NCBI GenBank assembly: GCA_001643675.2
Contig: LSRY02000004.1
Location: forward strand, 2,170,001-2,234,000
Reading direction: 5' to 3'
Source of the DNA: Monocercomonoides exilis PA203
Lineage: Eukaryota > Protista > Preaxostyla
Length of the DNA stretch: 64,000 nt
Shown here: positions 1-14,079 of the stretch, in pieces
Layout of the letters: each line of letters opens with the position of its first letter
Position numbering within the stretch: the first letter of the stretch is position 1
Program-made: the position numbers and the translations under genes
Notes under the pieces: generated by a model
Databases searched by the model: none
Seen by the model: the letters and a program-made list of their open reading frames with translations, nothing else
Told to the model about the DNA's origin: nothing

Positions 1-3000
1 CTCAGATGATGAAGCGGTTGAGGAGTCTGCAGAAGTTGAAAGAGCAGGAAGTTTGCTCAAGTTAAATTCTGCCCAATTCAACGAACTCCACTTCTTCTCC
101 AATTGGCTTTCTTCCTTTGAAAGTTCCTCTTCGATGCGTTTCAATTCTTCCTCTTCCTTTGCTATCAATTCTTTTCGAACGGCATTAAGTTGTTTCTTTT
201 CATTGCTTTCTTTGCTGAGCTTTGTTGCATTTCCCTCATTTCCTTCTCCTTTTCCTTCTCCTCCTTTCTCCTCCATCTGCCCCATCTCAACCAGCTCATT
301 CAGCTGGCTCTGCATGCGCAGATTTTCCCACTCGCTTTTTCTCCTTCGCCAGTCTTCTCTTCGCCTCAGCAGTTCGCTGCAGACCTTCACATCTTCGCTG
401 TTCATCGCCACAAATGCGTCGTGGAAGGCGTTTGCATACGAAAGCGAAAGGAAGTGAGCCTCGCGGAAAAGATTGTTGTTGTCAGTCTCAATGGACTGCA
501 GAATGTGTGCTGGAATCAATCGCCGTGCCTCAGCTGTAGAAAGCGAAGGATGAGTCAAAGAAAAGTAAGGGAGATATTCCATAAGCTTCTTTGAATATTC
601 GCTTTCTTTTTTCTCTTCTTTGTCTTCTTTCTCCTTCTCCTTCTCTTTCTCCTTTTCAGCTTCATTCTTCTCTTGATCCTCTTCCGTAATCGGATCTTCC
701 GAGTCTTCCGTCAGTTCTGATTCCGGAATCTCCTCCAGCGGCTCTTCTTCTTCATCATCCTCGCTTTCCTCCTTTGCATCTGCTTCTTCGCTTGTTGCTG
801 TTCCTGAAGAATATTCGTTTGCCTGCTGATCTTGCATACTCAGCCGAAGCGCCATCAACAGCTCAGGATCCATGTCTCCATCGTCACCAAAGCCAGCCAT
901 TTCGTCTATCCAGCTGAAGTCGTTATCAGAGCTTGTGCTTCCACCAATGCCATATGCATCGCCAGTGAAGTTTTCTGATGCTCCGCTGCCTGCTCCACTC
1001 TCTTCTTTAGCAGCATCTGATGATTGGCCAGAAGAAGAGGAATAAGCATCCAAAGATAAGTTCAATGGAGTTGGTCGCTTTGGCGTTTCAAGCAATGACT
1101 TTGAAGGTTCAGAATGTTCTGCATCTGCAGCGCCTTCATTCGATGAATCTTTTTTGCTGGAATCTGACAAATCAACAGGAGGAGCAATGGTAATTGGAGG
1201 CTTGGCAGGTCCAAAAGGCACAGAAGATATTGGTGTTGAATCAAGATGAGTATCAACCGAATCAGTGACGCTTTCTTCGGTTTGCTTTTGGATGTTCTTT
1301 GCTTGTTCTTTTGCTTCTATGACCTCTGCAGTTCTCTGCAGAACTCTTTCTTTCTCTTCCATTTCTCGCTTTCTCTCCATCTCTCTTTCTCTCTCAGCTG
1401 AGTCATTTGCATCTGTTTCTTCTTTCTCCTTCGCCTCTTCTTCCTCGCTGCTGGCTGGTGACTGCTTCTTCCATTCGTCAAGTGGATTCACTCTCTCATA
1501 GACAAGAAGATAAGCCGAGGCATCCTTCTCAAACGTGCTTCCATAATGCCAAAAGCTCATTCCACCTGAAAACAGCTCCTCTCCACCAAAGCAGTTATCT
1601 GCAATGTCTGCTGGGTCAAATGGCCCAACATGCGAATCGTTGAAGCACAACCACTTGAATGGAGATTGCCTCTCCTGAATGAATGAATAGTAATGGCCTG
1701 CCTCTGCTGTGCCACGATGCACAACTACACCAGCCAGATTGTATGTATAATATGATGAGTCCCGTGAAGAAGAAGAAGAAGATGATGATGATGTCATTGT
1801 AGAAGGTGAAGGAGAAGGGGAAGGTTGCAACTGCTTGGCATCTTGATCCTGAGGATCTCTTTCTTTCTCTTTCTCCTCTCCTCCTTCTGCACTTCCCTCT
1901 CCGTCTTTTTCTTGATCTGCCAATTTCTGTTGCACAAAAGCAAATAGCTTGTCCTTCTGAATTGCTGATTCTCGTTTTGAGAATGTCTCCTTTGAGTAAG
2001 GCGCCATGTTCAGATCTTTCAACGGGAAAGCGAACTTGTCGTTTATCTTCACTCTTATCATCTCCTGGTAGTTGAAGTCCAGACGCTTCAAGTGCACAAA
2101 CAGCGTGTTTGGCAGTGATGAGATGACCATTCTCTTCACAGCCTTGACAGCCTCTCCGCATTGCTCGCATTTGTACTTGTTGTCTCCGTCGAGTGTTTCT
2201 CCTTCGACAAGAAGGCGAAGCGACTCTTCCAGCGACTTCTTCTGCTTCACATCGCAGCTCAGAACAAAGAACGGCTCTTCTCTTTCGCTCACGTGGCCTC
2301 TCTCGCAGATGAACTGGTGGGTGAATTGCCCTCCGAAGAACACTTGCACTACGTTTGGCAGCTGCTGCACAGACAAATACGACTCCAGCTTGTCGAAGAA
2401 CTGGCCCAGAAACTCTTCCACATCCATCTGCTCGCACACATTCACCACTTCCATCCCGCCTCTCTGTTTGTAATGCAGCAGGAAATCTCGCGTGTCCACA
2501 GACGGACGAGCCGTCTCCTGCATCTTCGCAAACAGATCGCGCAGATATTCCCATGTCGCTGCATCTGACTGCTCCCGAATTCGCTTGCGCCTCCTTTGCT
2601 CGCGCTGCTTGGCTCTTGCTTCTCTTTCGGGATCGCTTTTAACAATAAGCACACTCGTTGAGGAGGAGGAAGAAGAAGATGATGATGTTGATGATGTTTG
2701 TCCCATTGCAGCTTTTGCTTCCCTTCGTTTTGCTCTCTTTTCTGCTTTATCCTTCCTTTCTTTTTCCTTCTTCCTTCTTTCCTGCTTGGCTGCTTCTCTT
2801 CTTTTCTCTCTCTCCACTTTCATTGCAAACTTCTGCTCTCTCAAAGTCAGAAAGTCTTGTGCCTCTTCAAATGACAGCCCTTTCTTTGCAATCAGCATAT
2901 CAGTCTGTGTTGGATAAGCAAGAACGGTGTATCTGAATGGAAGGTGCATATACAACTGCTGTAGGAAGGAAAGCATATAGCACACATTTCGTGGATTGAC

Positions 3001-6000
3001 TAGTCCTGCATAGCCAGTTGCAACACGTGATTCTGTGAAAAGAGAAGGAGCATAATTGAATGTGTGGATGAATGAAGGAGAGCGTAAGAGCTGGCTGAGA
3101 TACAAATGATGGCTATGAAGATTGACAGATGGAGTAACCTTGAGCAAATCTGCAGGTTTCTGTGAAGGCAAATGCTTTGCTAAAAAGTGCTCGTCATACA
3201 GCTCCATCAATCTCCGACGGTTAGCTGCAGAATATCTGCACAACACAGAAAGAAGAATGAATGCTTCTTTTCGGGTGTTGCGATGTTTGCAGAGCGGGCA
3301 TTTAGCTGAGACAACATTTGGAGGTTTCTTCATTGTTGTCTGAGATGTGCTAGATTCTGATGAGTTGTTAGAGCTGTTCTTATTTTCGGCATCATCTGCA
3401 TGTGGGTGGAAATCCGTCAAATCTTGTATCACTTTCATTTCATCTTCCATATCATTTGTGAACTTCATTTCGTTTTCTCTCTTCTTCAGTTTTGCCTCTT
3501 CTTCTCTTAATTTCAGGAGCCTCAATACATCATCTCTTGACAAGTGTAATGCGGGTGACAGCCAGGAATTATCAATCACATCTGTTTCTGTGATGTCCAT
3601 CAGCATCGAATGGAACACAAAAGGAAGAATCTCAAACGGTTCTTCAATTCCCAATTTGGTGATGATAAAGTTGTGCGGCAATGGATGAGGAAGTTTGCCG
3701 GAAACGGTATCTTCATCGGAAAAGTTTAGACTCTGTTCAATCATTTTGCACACAGCAGAAATAATCTCCTCTCTGTGTGGAGCAGACAGCACCTGCAGCT
3801 CTTTCTCATCGTCTGGATCAGTCAGCGAAGCAACAACAACATTTTCATTGAGATTGTGCCCAACAGAAAGTGATTCATCTCCTAAAATTCTCTTCTTCAG
3901 TTCTTTTATCTTCTCCTCCTTCATCTGCTGCCCAGCCAGCAGTTCGGCTTTCAGCAGTCTCAGCTTATTGAGCAGATGGAAGTAGTATTGGATCTCTCCT
4001 ATCTGCACAACGATTGTGCTGAGAAAGCTGACAAGCCCAGAATAATACGTGTCTTCTTCGATAGCTGTCTTCCCGAATGCCTCGCTGCAGTCGTGTGACT
4101 GGATCAGCCGAGTAACAACAAGCGATAGACGAGTCAATGTGAACAGAGGAGATTTGCTGAATGGAAGAAGAGGAGAGAATGAAGAATGCGACGATTCTGA
4201 TAAACAGTCATCGCAGCATTTCTTCGATTCTTCGTCTTCTTTTGTGTTGTGTGTGTTGTGTATTCCGATGATAGACTCGATTGCATTCCGATGGAAGTGC
4301 ATCTCTTCTCTTTGCGTAGCTGTCTCAAACATCGAAGACAGAATGTGAAAGTAAAATCGAGCTTTTTCCCCAAAGAATTCTGAATATGGCAGAAAAGAGA
4401 GTAAAGATAGACGCAGATGCTGATGCGATCGAAGTGGTGCTTCGAGCATTGAAAGCGATGGGTTAAGATGAGCATTGTCTTCTTCCATGTTATTTTTAGA
4501 CAAAACATTGCAAGTGTTGATCTGTGATGATGCAGAGAGAGAAGATGAGGAGGATGAGGCTGATGATGAATCTGACTCGGCTGATTGCAATGCAGAAGCA
4601 ACATTCTCCTCAGAAAATGGAAGAAGTTCAGCAATTCCTTTAATAAACTCAGCTACGTGGGGATTGGCGTCTGATGTTGGGGTGCAGAAGATCATTGCAA
4701 AGAGGAATGGATGGAACGACGGAGAGCACAAAAGAGGCTGAATGAGAGAAGAAAAAGTAGAGGCGATGGAAAGAAGAAGACGAAAGAGCAAATGTAACGA
4801 CTGTGAAGACGATGAGGATGAAGCAGATGCATTTGAACGATCTCTTTTCTGATCCAACGCAATCACATCATCAATTGTTATGGCACGTGTGTGACCTTCA
4901 CATTTGTTATTGGTTTCATCTACTTCGCAATTATCTTGTTTCTCCAATAAATCTTTATTCAGCTGTTGCATTTGCTTTCTAATGTAGTCTTTTTCTGTTA
5001 CAGTTTTTTGGAATTCTTCTTCTGGCAGGCAAAGAAGATTATACAGAAAAGATGATGTTCTTGTTCCATTTGGTTCAACACACAATAATATTTCTGTCGA
5101 AGTGCTACTTTCAGTCTCTTTGTTATGATGTGTCTGCGATGCCAAAGAGAAAGGCTGGTCATTTTCATTGCTTTCATGTGATGAATGACCATCAGACAAA
5201 GCAGAAGACTTCTTTTGCACAGAAAATGGAAGTGGAAGAAGCAGATCTGTGCAAGTGTAGATAGCCAGCTGCAGCAGAGTCAAGAAGAAGTAAAGTATTC
5301 TTGACGATGTTTGGTCTAATTTGAACTGCCCTTCGTTTTGAGGAACAATGCTTGAGTCGTTGTGAGAACCAAATGCAGAATAAGGAAGAGAGCAAAAAGA
5401 AACAGAAACATCAATTGATGACAGCGCAAACTGAAACACGTTCGCCCAAAGAGATGGAGTTGGAGAGGCAGACAGCTGGAAAGAAGAATCTGCAAGTGCT
5501 AATTTAGCTTTGTCTTTGTTGGCATCATTTTCTTCTCCCTGAGAAAAGAATGAAGAAAGAACAGAAATCACAGGGAAGAATGAAGATGAAGAGAAAGAAT
5601 TGGACGAAGCTGCTTCTGATGAATCAGATGGATTCATTGCAGTCATCACAAAGAGATTGACTAAAGTGTTCAACCCGCCAGACACAATGAAGCGATATCT
5701 CCAATCCTTCAGATTCACTCTTTCTGTAGTTCGAACTTCATTCTTTTGTTCTGATTCATTCTCAGAACTCTTTCCAACTTTTGTTGGCTGCATGAAGTCT
5801 TCCCATAGGTCATCTTCCTCTTTGCTGGTTGATGAAGATGAAGAAGCGCTTGCCATTTGAACGTCAACAGAACTGTCAACTCCAACATCCTCACAACCAT
5901 CCATTTTATTTGCACTTTCCTCCATCAATGCAACTTGAGATGCATTTATCTTCCCATCTTTCTTCATTGCTTCCATCAGCTCTTTCATTTTTTGTTCTGT

Positions 6001-9000
6001 TTCACTCACACACTGTTGAGTCTTTTGAGCTAAGCCTTCAACAAGCCTCATCGCATATATCATTTTGAAGCGATCTCCCACTCCAAACACCTCCTTCCAC
6101 TCGATTTTGGAGTCGCAACATGCAATCTCCTTCTTCAAAGTGAATGAAGAAGGCAGAAGCTGCAAAAGACGACTGCAGTTGTCCTTCAATGAAAGGATTT
6201 CATTTGAGGATGAAGCAGAAGATGGTGAAGATGACTGAGAAGAAGATAGGCTCATCGCCTTGAAGAACAAGTCGTGCATGCCAGATGCACTCAAAATGGC
6301 AGCTGGATGTGCAGAAAGAGGAAGATTCATCGCAGAAAATGAATCAGATGGAGAACACATTGGATCAGTGCATGTGCCTCTATCAGAAGTGGTATTGATA
6401 ACTTCAACAAGAGGTTTCTTTTCCTCAACTTTTCCTTCTGCATTCGCTGCTGATGTTTCTTTACTGCTGTTTTTGTTTTTCTCATCCTTTCCGGTTTCTT
6501 TGCCATTTTTGCTGCTCCACACTTCAGCTTTAAATGGAATCTGCCTTCTTGCTGCAATCTTTGTCCCATCTCTGATGTCTAACTTTGCCAAGAACTCGAT
6601 TCTGTCTGTGATTGGCTTGTCATTCACAGACAGTCTGACGTGCGTGGCGTCTGGCAGATTCAGTGCAGCAGCCACAGCAGCACGCACAGCCTGTGGACAG
6701 TCACGCTCAGTGAAGACAAGAGATGGAGTGATGTTTCCTAATGACGGGACAGCGATGACTGGAGTGACAGTACGCAACGGCCCATGGCAGCTGGCTGAGC
6801 GAACTGAGCGTAAGGAAGGAGGAAGAGAGAGATCGTAGTCGTCGATGAAGGAGAGGAGCATCTTCACAGCATTTTCTGCTCGGCACAAAAGGAAGGAAAG
6901 AGGAAATCCAAATGATGCAGGAATTGATGATGATGAATGCAAATGCTCACCTGATTCAGATGAAGATGTGCATTCACAGATTGCATTTGATTCTCCTTCC
7001 TTTCTCATTCCTCTCTTCTCTTCTCTTTCTCTCTTTTTCATCTCCTTCCTTTTTTTGGCCTCTTCCGCAGCAGTCACATACTCTTGCACAATGCTTGTGA
7101 GTCTATTGATTGACAAACGCCTCCAAAATGAGTCATCGCAACCAACAGCAGAAGTTGGGTGGAAGAGAGAAACGATCAGCTCTCGTGCTTTCTTCCCAAC
7201 AGACTCAGATGTGTTCCAGTCAGACTCCAGTTGAGAAGAGAGTGAGAAGAAGGACGAATAGAAAGGCGAGCGATATGTCGAAGTAGATGCCTGCTGAGAT
7301 GAAAAGGGAGAAGTTGAATGGCGAGAAGCAGATGGAGAAGACTGCAAAGAGCCTACTGAGGCAGATGTGTTTGGTGTTGCTGCCTTTGGAGGAGGAGAAG
7401 TTGAGTGATGAACAAACGATGAATAAGGCTGAGATTGCTCTTCATATGAAACATCACTAATGTAATGATTCAAGAACTGTTCTACCCATCTTTGTTGCTC
7501 GGGTGACAGTTCATCATCTTTGTCGTCTTCATCCTCTTCATCCTCTTCTTCTTCAAATGCTGCTTCATCTCCCATTGCACAATTCTTCAATTCTTCTTTT
7601 TCTCTCTTTCTCCTTTCTCTTTCTCTCTCCTTCTCCTTCTTTCTGCACAATCTTTCCCATTCAACTTTTCTCCAGTCTGCCATTCCGCCATTGTTTATTG
7701 CAATGTCCCACAAACTCAGTGAGGCATACAACTTTCTTGTTCTGACCTCAAAGTGAGAACTACGTGTGTTTGCAACGATATTTCCTTCGCTTTTGTTCAG
7801 TGCGATGAATCCGTCGTGGAACAGCTGGAACTCCAAAGGCGTCATAAACAAGGAAGATAGTGGAACATCTGGCACTTCCCCGCTTCCTTCAACAAACACA
7901 GCATTCTGCTCTTTCTCTGTCTTCTTCACAAGTGTCAGCACTTTGCTTTCCAACTCAGCGATCTCTCTTTGAATCTCACTCGATTTTATTTCGTCTTCCT
8001 CTGCAGCCATTCTCTTCTTCTTCTCCTCAATCAGCGCTCCCATCCGCTCGTTCCACGCATTCCTCAGAGCAGCTCGCTCTTCCACGTCTCTTCGCGGCAT
8101 CACACACCTTACCAAAAACTTCCTCCGCCAGAGCTTCCAGTAGCAGTCTTTGATCTCATCAGAAATTCCGTTGCCGTCTTTCGCAATCTGCCGGAAGAGG
8201 TTGGCTCCTTTTTCGAGCTCAGCCCGCGTCACAGCCCCTGCCACAACTGTGTCCCACAGCAGAAAGAGGTCCTTAAGCGACAGCAGAGCAGCCTTCGATG
8301 ACATCAGCTTCAGAATGAAGTCGATGCTTGTTGTGACAAAGCGCAGATGGGGCATTGAAGAGAAGCGGTAGTTGTCGATGAAGGAAGAGCTGGGCGGTGG
8401 AAGAACTGTCGCCGGAGTGAAAATATCATCCTCAGAAACAAGTGGTGCAGGAGTAGATGAAACTGAAGACTCAGAAGAAGCCGATAAAGCAACTTCAATT
8501 GGCGAATCAGCAGGCAAGCCAAGCTCAATGCTGAGTGTGTTCTCTATCTCCTTCATTTTGGCTTTGTCTTCTTCGAACAACTTTCTGCTTTGCTCGATGT
8601 TGCTCGCTTCCTTCGAAGGAATAGGTGTAATCAACTGCCTCTCAAACACTCCCCAAAATGGTGACGTTGAACTTGAGTCGTTTTCATTGTTTTTTTCATT
8701 TCTATTTGCAGCTTTGCATTCACATTGTGTTTTTGTCTTTTCTTTCTCCTTTCCAAGTTCTCCTTCTCTCCATCTCTTAATCCTCTCATCCCTCGCAATG
8801 CTCTCTGCAATAGTCCTCTTCATCTCTCTCTTGTACTCCACAAGTCCTTCAATCACCCACTTCCCTGCCATCCCCGACTGGCTCATCGCCATCAGAAACT
8901 CTGCCCCTGTTGTGGCAGTTTCTGTCTTTGTCTTCTTCTCCTTCCAAATCTTTTCTGTCCGGATTGTGTTGTATGTCATGTACGAGTGCTCAATCTTTGT

Positions 9001-11950
9001 CAGTAGGAGCGATGCCAATCCGACAGAATTGTGTGCCTCGAGGTGTTTGCACAGGAACACGCCGTAGTCTTCGGCTGTGCTCTCATTCAGAATCTGCTGG
9101 CAGAAGCTGCACAGCCGATTGAGCACAAAGTCGTATAATTCCTGTGAAATGCGCTGCTGAGGGGCAGATGTGATGTATTTGTTGGAAGAAGAAGATGATG
9201 ATGAAGACGAAGAGGACGGACGAACTGTGTCTGATGATGAAATGTCAGACGATGAATCAGTTGATTCTGAAGTTGAAGGGGATGAAGATGAAGTTGATGA
9301 AGTTGATGAAGTTGATGAAGTTGACTCCTTTTCGCTTTCTGACAATGATTTGTTCGTTCTGCTGAGCTCAATGCGCTGATCTTTGTCGATCAGAAGTGAA
9401 AGAACAAAGAGGAAGAGTGTGTCTGCTACATCTCGGTTGTTCTCGCGTTCTGCTCTTGACAGAATGGTCAGAATGATCGAGAGAATGTGCTCATTCAATG
9501 GAACAGCCACGTGTGGAACGAGAGGGCTCGGTAGAATGAAGTCATTTGGAAGAGAGTAAGGCTGAAGAGAGGTTGATGTGGTGTCTTGTAAAGAAGATGA
9601 AGAAAAAGCAGATGTCTCTACATCATCAGCAAAGGATTGTGGAAATGGCTTTGATTCTGATGAAGACGGCTCATCTGCAGAAGACGATGGCTGTTCTTGA
9701 AGATCTGAAACTGGTGAAAAAGGTAGAGGACTGGAAATGCGCTTGAAGTCTTTAAGGCTATAGGTGCGTTGCTTCCTTTGAGATGAGTTGATAGATGTTG
9801 ATGACGATGAAGATGACGAAGATGACGATGAAGCAGAAGTCACAGCTGATGCTTCACTTGAAGAAGATGATGAGGATGACAACACATCTTCAGAAGAAGG
9901 AGAAGTTTCATTGCTTGACACTTCCATTGCATTATGCCTTATTTCATCATTTTCATCACTAGAATCGCATTCCTCCTCTTTCTTCGAAGCCATTTCACCT
10001 CCTCTTCTTCTCGTGAGGACGATCCATGAAAGAACATGCAGCCCTCTCTTCCCAACAGCTGCTGCGATGTCCACCATCATGCTGTTCATCAGCGTCTCTG
10101 CTCTTCCCTGGTGCAGCCCGCTGATCCGCCACAGCCACTCCATCTGCCCGTCGCTCAGCGCATGGCACTTCATCAGATATGTCACAATGTGCTGCCCTTG
10201 GCTCATCACCTCCAAATGGGCGCCAACGCCCAGCAGCGTCTCAAACAGATGCTCTGACTCCATCAGCTTTGACAGCAGCGCTGGAGTTGTTGCAGTCGTC
10301 GAGTACTTTACAGAACTGCCAGGCATTTCATTCCGAGTTTCCCAGGACGCTTCTTCATTGGACGCCATGTAGAAGTTGCCTTTGTTGCGCGCTACGAATG
10401 CAGAAGCAGACTCCAACTTCTCATTCAGCTTTTTTTCTTTCTCAGTCATCTCCTTTTTTGGAGCATCAGACGAATCAGCTGCTGAAGACGGAGTTGAAGA
10501 AGACTTGTCTGGTTCGCTGGCATCAGGTAACATGCTCACTTCTTTTGCAGTTTTGCTTTCTGGAGCTTGAACTGTTGATTCCTCATTTTTGGAGCTTTTA
10601 CTGTCTTTCTCTTCCTTTTTTCCTTTTCCTGTTTCACATATATTCATTGCATCTCCTTTAATCAGCTTTGAATATCTATCAAAGAATGCGGAGTTGGACC
10701 TTCTGCACAGTGAAAGAGTTTCGAGTGCGGAATAAGATGTGCTTGACCCAAATAGACGTAGAATTCGAATGCCTTCCAGACGCTTTTCAAGAGATGTGCA
10801 TCTGATAAGACGAACAGCCACTCCAAAAGTAACCATCTCGATACGTGCATATGTCTCGCTGTTGCTCCACCATGCGCTTTTGTGCGAAATAATCTCCATT
10901 CGTGATATGCATCGCATGACCTGCTTCTTCTCTCCGCCTTTGTGCTCGCTTGATTGGAAATTGTAGCCTCTCCTCCAACTACTTGTTGCGCTTCCAGACA
11001 GCTTGCTGTGCGCATCAAAGTCGAAGCTGAGAAGAAACTCGCTCGCTCCGTCCAGATCATCCATTCGTATATTCGTATTGTAACATTCTTTATTTAAAAG
11101 ATAACACATTCTTGCTGGAATTTTTAAAAAGCAATGAAAATCATGTATCATAGACTCTCCAGGAGCCAATTTTTCTGGGTGAAAATAGTTCTTTGCATTC
11201 TTTAATATTCTGCAACATAACGATAAAACCCCTTTTTCAAAAAAATATGCAAGAGCATCCATTTGATGTTGACCTGCGCAAATGGTTTTTTTATTGTGTA
11301 AAACAGCGTCCATCATTGATGGAGAGAGATATGGAGTTGAGCCACTTTCGCAGTCTTGTGTATAAGGTCTGGCTTTTATTGAAATTGATGCAGCGAGAGC
11401 TCGAGCGCAATGAGGGATAAACGGATCGATAAGAAATACATCCGCAACGAATGTGACGAAAACATGAAGCATTGGTTGAATTTTATTCCAATTACTTTTC
11501 GAAAAAGTGCTTTAAATTGAAAAATAAGTTTATTTAGTCCGATTTCAAAATCCAAAGAAAAAAAATAGCAAACTGAATCCTTTTAAAATAAGAAAAAATC
11601 TTGTGAAGAAATAACATTAAAACGTGCCAAGATCGAAGAGGAATTTGAGGGAGTGTGTCATTCACATTAAACAGTGCAACATTTATAACGTTTTCAAGTT
11701 GTTCAGCAACAGTAATTTCTTAATTAATATTATTGTTCGAATACAATTTGATTGTTACTTTTTAAAAAAAAAGTCAAATTTTTATAAAAAAACCTGAGCA
11801 TCGTTTTGTTTTTACCAATTCCTGCTCCAATCTCTTTTCGAGTGCTTCTGGATCTAATAGAATTGTTGGTATGTTCTTTGGAAGCAACTGCTTTGAAGAA
11901 CTTTCCGTTTCTCCTTTGTCTTTGTTTTGTTCTTCGGGCAAATTTGTCAT
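1..11950 (-). CDS. Giant ubiquitin carboxyl-terminal hydrolase, USP9X/USP24/USP34 (fat facets)-like; 3' end lies beyond the window
   Basis: Hand translation at many points shows one minus-strand frame from ~11090 to <1. Motifs: Cys box GYAGLVNPRNVCYMLS (~2970-3015), EQMDVEEFLGQFFDKLE (~2385-2435), LDGDNKYKCEQC, LPNTLFVHLKRLDFN, His box VVVHRGTAEAGHYYSF (~1685-1735), WLCFNDSHV. A UBL-like segment lies at ~6545-6790 and SLEKRLEGI near 10780. The probable ATG is at 11950 (MTNLPEEQ), followed by short 5' exons; exact 5' splicing is uncertain. Confidence 0.9.
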
Positions 11951-12175
11951 TGCTTGAAAAAGCAATTTCTTTTTGATATATATACCATAATTATTTCCTT
12001 TGGATTGCCTTTGATCATGGTTTTGTTTTGTATCGTGTTTGAAATAATACGACTTTTTTGTTGCATTTTGTATTATCAAAGACTTTGAAGTATATTTTTT
12101 GGAATAAAAAGTTTTGTTGCTGAGTATTTGTGTCTTTCTGAGTTCCATTTCATTATTTAATTCTATTTAAATATT

Positions 12176-12176
<1 letters not shown>

Positions 12177-12206
<30 letters not shown>

Positions 12207-12315
12207 GTTTTGTTTTGTTTTGTTTTGTTTTGTTTTGTTTTGTTTTGTTTTGTTTTGTTTTGTTTTGTTTTGTTTTGTTTTGTTTTGTTTTGTTTTGTTT
12301 TGTTTTGTTTTGTTT
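12177..12315. repeat. (TTTTG)n microsatellite
   Basis: Perfect pentanucleotide tandem array, directly visible. Confidence 0.97.
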
Positions 12316-13881
12316 TTGTTATTGTTTTTGTTTTTGTTTTTGTTTATTTATTTATTTTTTTTTTTTGATTTTAAAAAAATTCGTATCAATTCAAAATAAA
12401 ATGTTTGCATTGTTTGGAATTGTTTAGTATTTGAAATTGCACAATAAACGAATGAAAATCAAAATTTATTTGGATGATTATCACATTGTTGATTGCAGTT
12501 TCAGAAAGTTTTTCTGTCTATCTTTTGAACTGAAACATATATTTATGAATGAATCAAATAATAATTACCCTTGAAATATGGCAATGAACAAAATTTTGAC
12601 ATCAACAATATTTCACAAAAATCTCAATAAACAGATGGGTAATTCTTATTAAAAAGTCGCAAATGAATAATTTTCAAAGAAATCATAAATTTCATTTTTG
12701 GCTCAAGTTTTCGTTGGCATACACCAAACTTCACTAATATGGAATCTATTTAAGCATAATGCTATTTCACTCGTTCTAAAGAAGATTCGTAAGTAGAAAC
12801 GAAATTTTGAACAAAATATGAAAATTTTGATTTATTTGAAAATTTTGCATTTGTGACTTTTCAAAAAGAATTACCAAGATGTCTGAATTTTTTTGAAAAG
12901 TTCCTTTTGTTTTATTATCACGTGTGGAAAAATATTTAACTTCAGGCATTTTTATTGAAAAATTGTGCATTTTCGATTAACTTTTTTGCATCAAAATGCA
13001 CAATAAAAATGGGTCATTTTTTTGATATTTGTGAAATGTTGGAAAACTTTATGTTTTGATTTCAACGATGTCTGTATACAAATATGAAAATCAAATTTAT
13101 TTTAAAATCTGAGAAAGCGAAACAAAATTGTAAGTGAAGCAATTTTTTCATACCTTGTGCAAAAAAAAAACTTGAAACTCGTTATTTTCCACCATGCGTA
13201 AATGATAATCGATAATTTTCATCAAATTTTCATTCCAACTCACAAATAATCACTAGCATGGAAACAAAAGCTTGGCAATGCTTTTATTTCCTTTCTGTCA
13301 AATATCGGTGAATTAAAAAGTATTTTGAATGAATAGTTTCGATTTTAATTTTCACATGATAACAAAACAAAATGAACTTTACAATAAATTTGAAAGATTG
13401 ATTATTGAATTTCAATACGAATGCATCTTATCATGTTTAGAATTAATTCACTTTAACTTTCCCAATTCGAATAGAGCTTTTTTGATCAGTGATTATTTAT
13501 TCTGTAATGTCGAATATAAAGCAATATTTGAAAAATAATTCGACCCCAACCAGTTGATCGGATTAAACCTATAATTAAAAACTGTGATAAAAAAATCGAA
13601 CAAATAAAAACCATAAAAAAATCCAATGGTTTCAATCAACATTCAACAGGATATTTGAATTTTTCGAAAAACAAAAACAGTTTCTTTCACAGTTTCTGAA
13701 AACAGTTGGCAGAAAAAAATATATATGTACACCATGTTATCATCATAACTGCAACATATAACTATTTTGAAACTTCAATCTTGTGCAATAACCTTTTATT
13801 TTCCATTAATATGTGCTTTCATTTTGAAAAGTCGCAAATGTTTATTCAAAAAATCAAATTCTGTCTAAAAAGGATATAATC

Positions 13882-14079
13882 ACATTGAATACAATCACAT
13901 TTGTTTATGAGTCACATTTTTGTGTTCAAGAACATTTTTTTGCAAATTTTTCATTCATTTCCCATCGCATATAATCACAGGGCTGAATATGTGCGATGGG
14001 AAATGAATGAAAAATTAGCAAAAAAATGTTCTTGAACACAAAAATGTGACTCCTACACAAATGTGATTGTATTCGATGT
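13882..14079. repeat. Long inverted repeat / foldback (arms ~90 bp, short loop)
   Basis: acattgaatacaatcacatttg...tttcccatcgcatat is matched by atatgtgcgatgggaaa...caaatgtgattgtattcgatgt with few mismatches. Confidence 0.92.

Noticed and set aside
53-10978. Dozens of plus-strand Ser/Phe/Leu-rich ORFs
   Set aside because: Antisense or alternate-frame shadows of the low-complexity USP exon on the minus strand
12180-12427. FCFVL-repeat ORFs
   Set aside because: Translation of the (TTTTG)n microsatellite
13882-14079. Hairpin as a telomerase RNA or other structured ncRNA gene
   Set aside because: No template-like sequence or multi-branch structure is visible; it is a simple foldback
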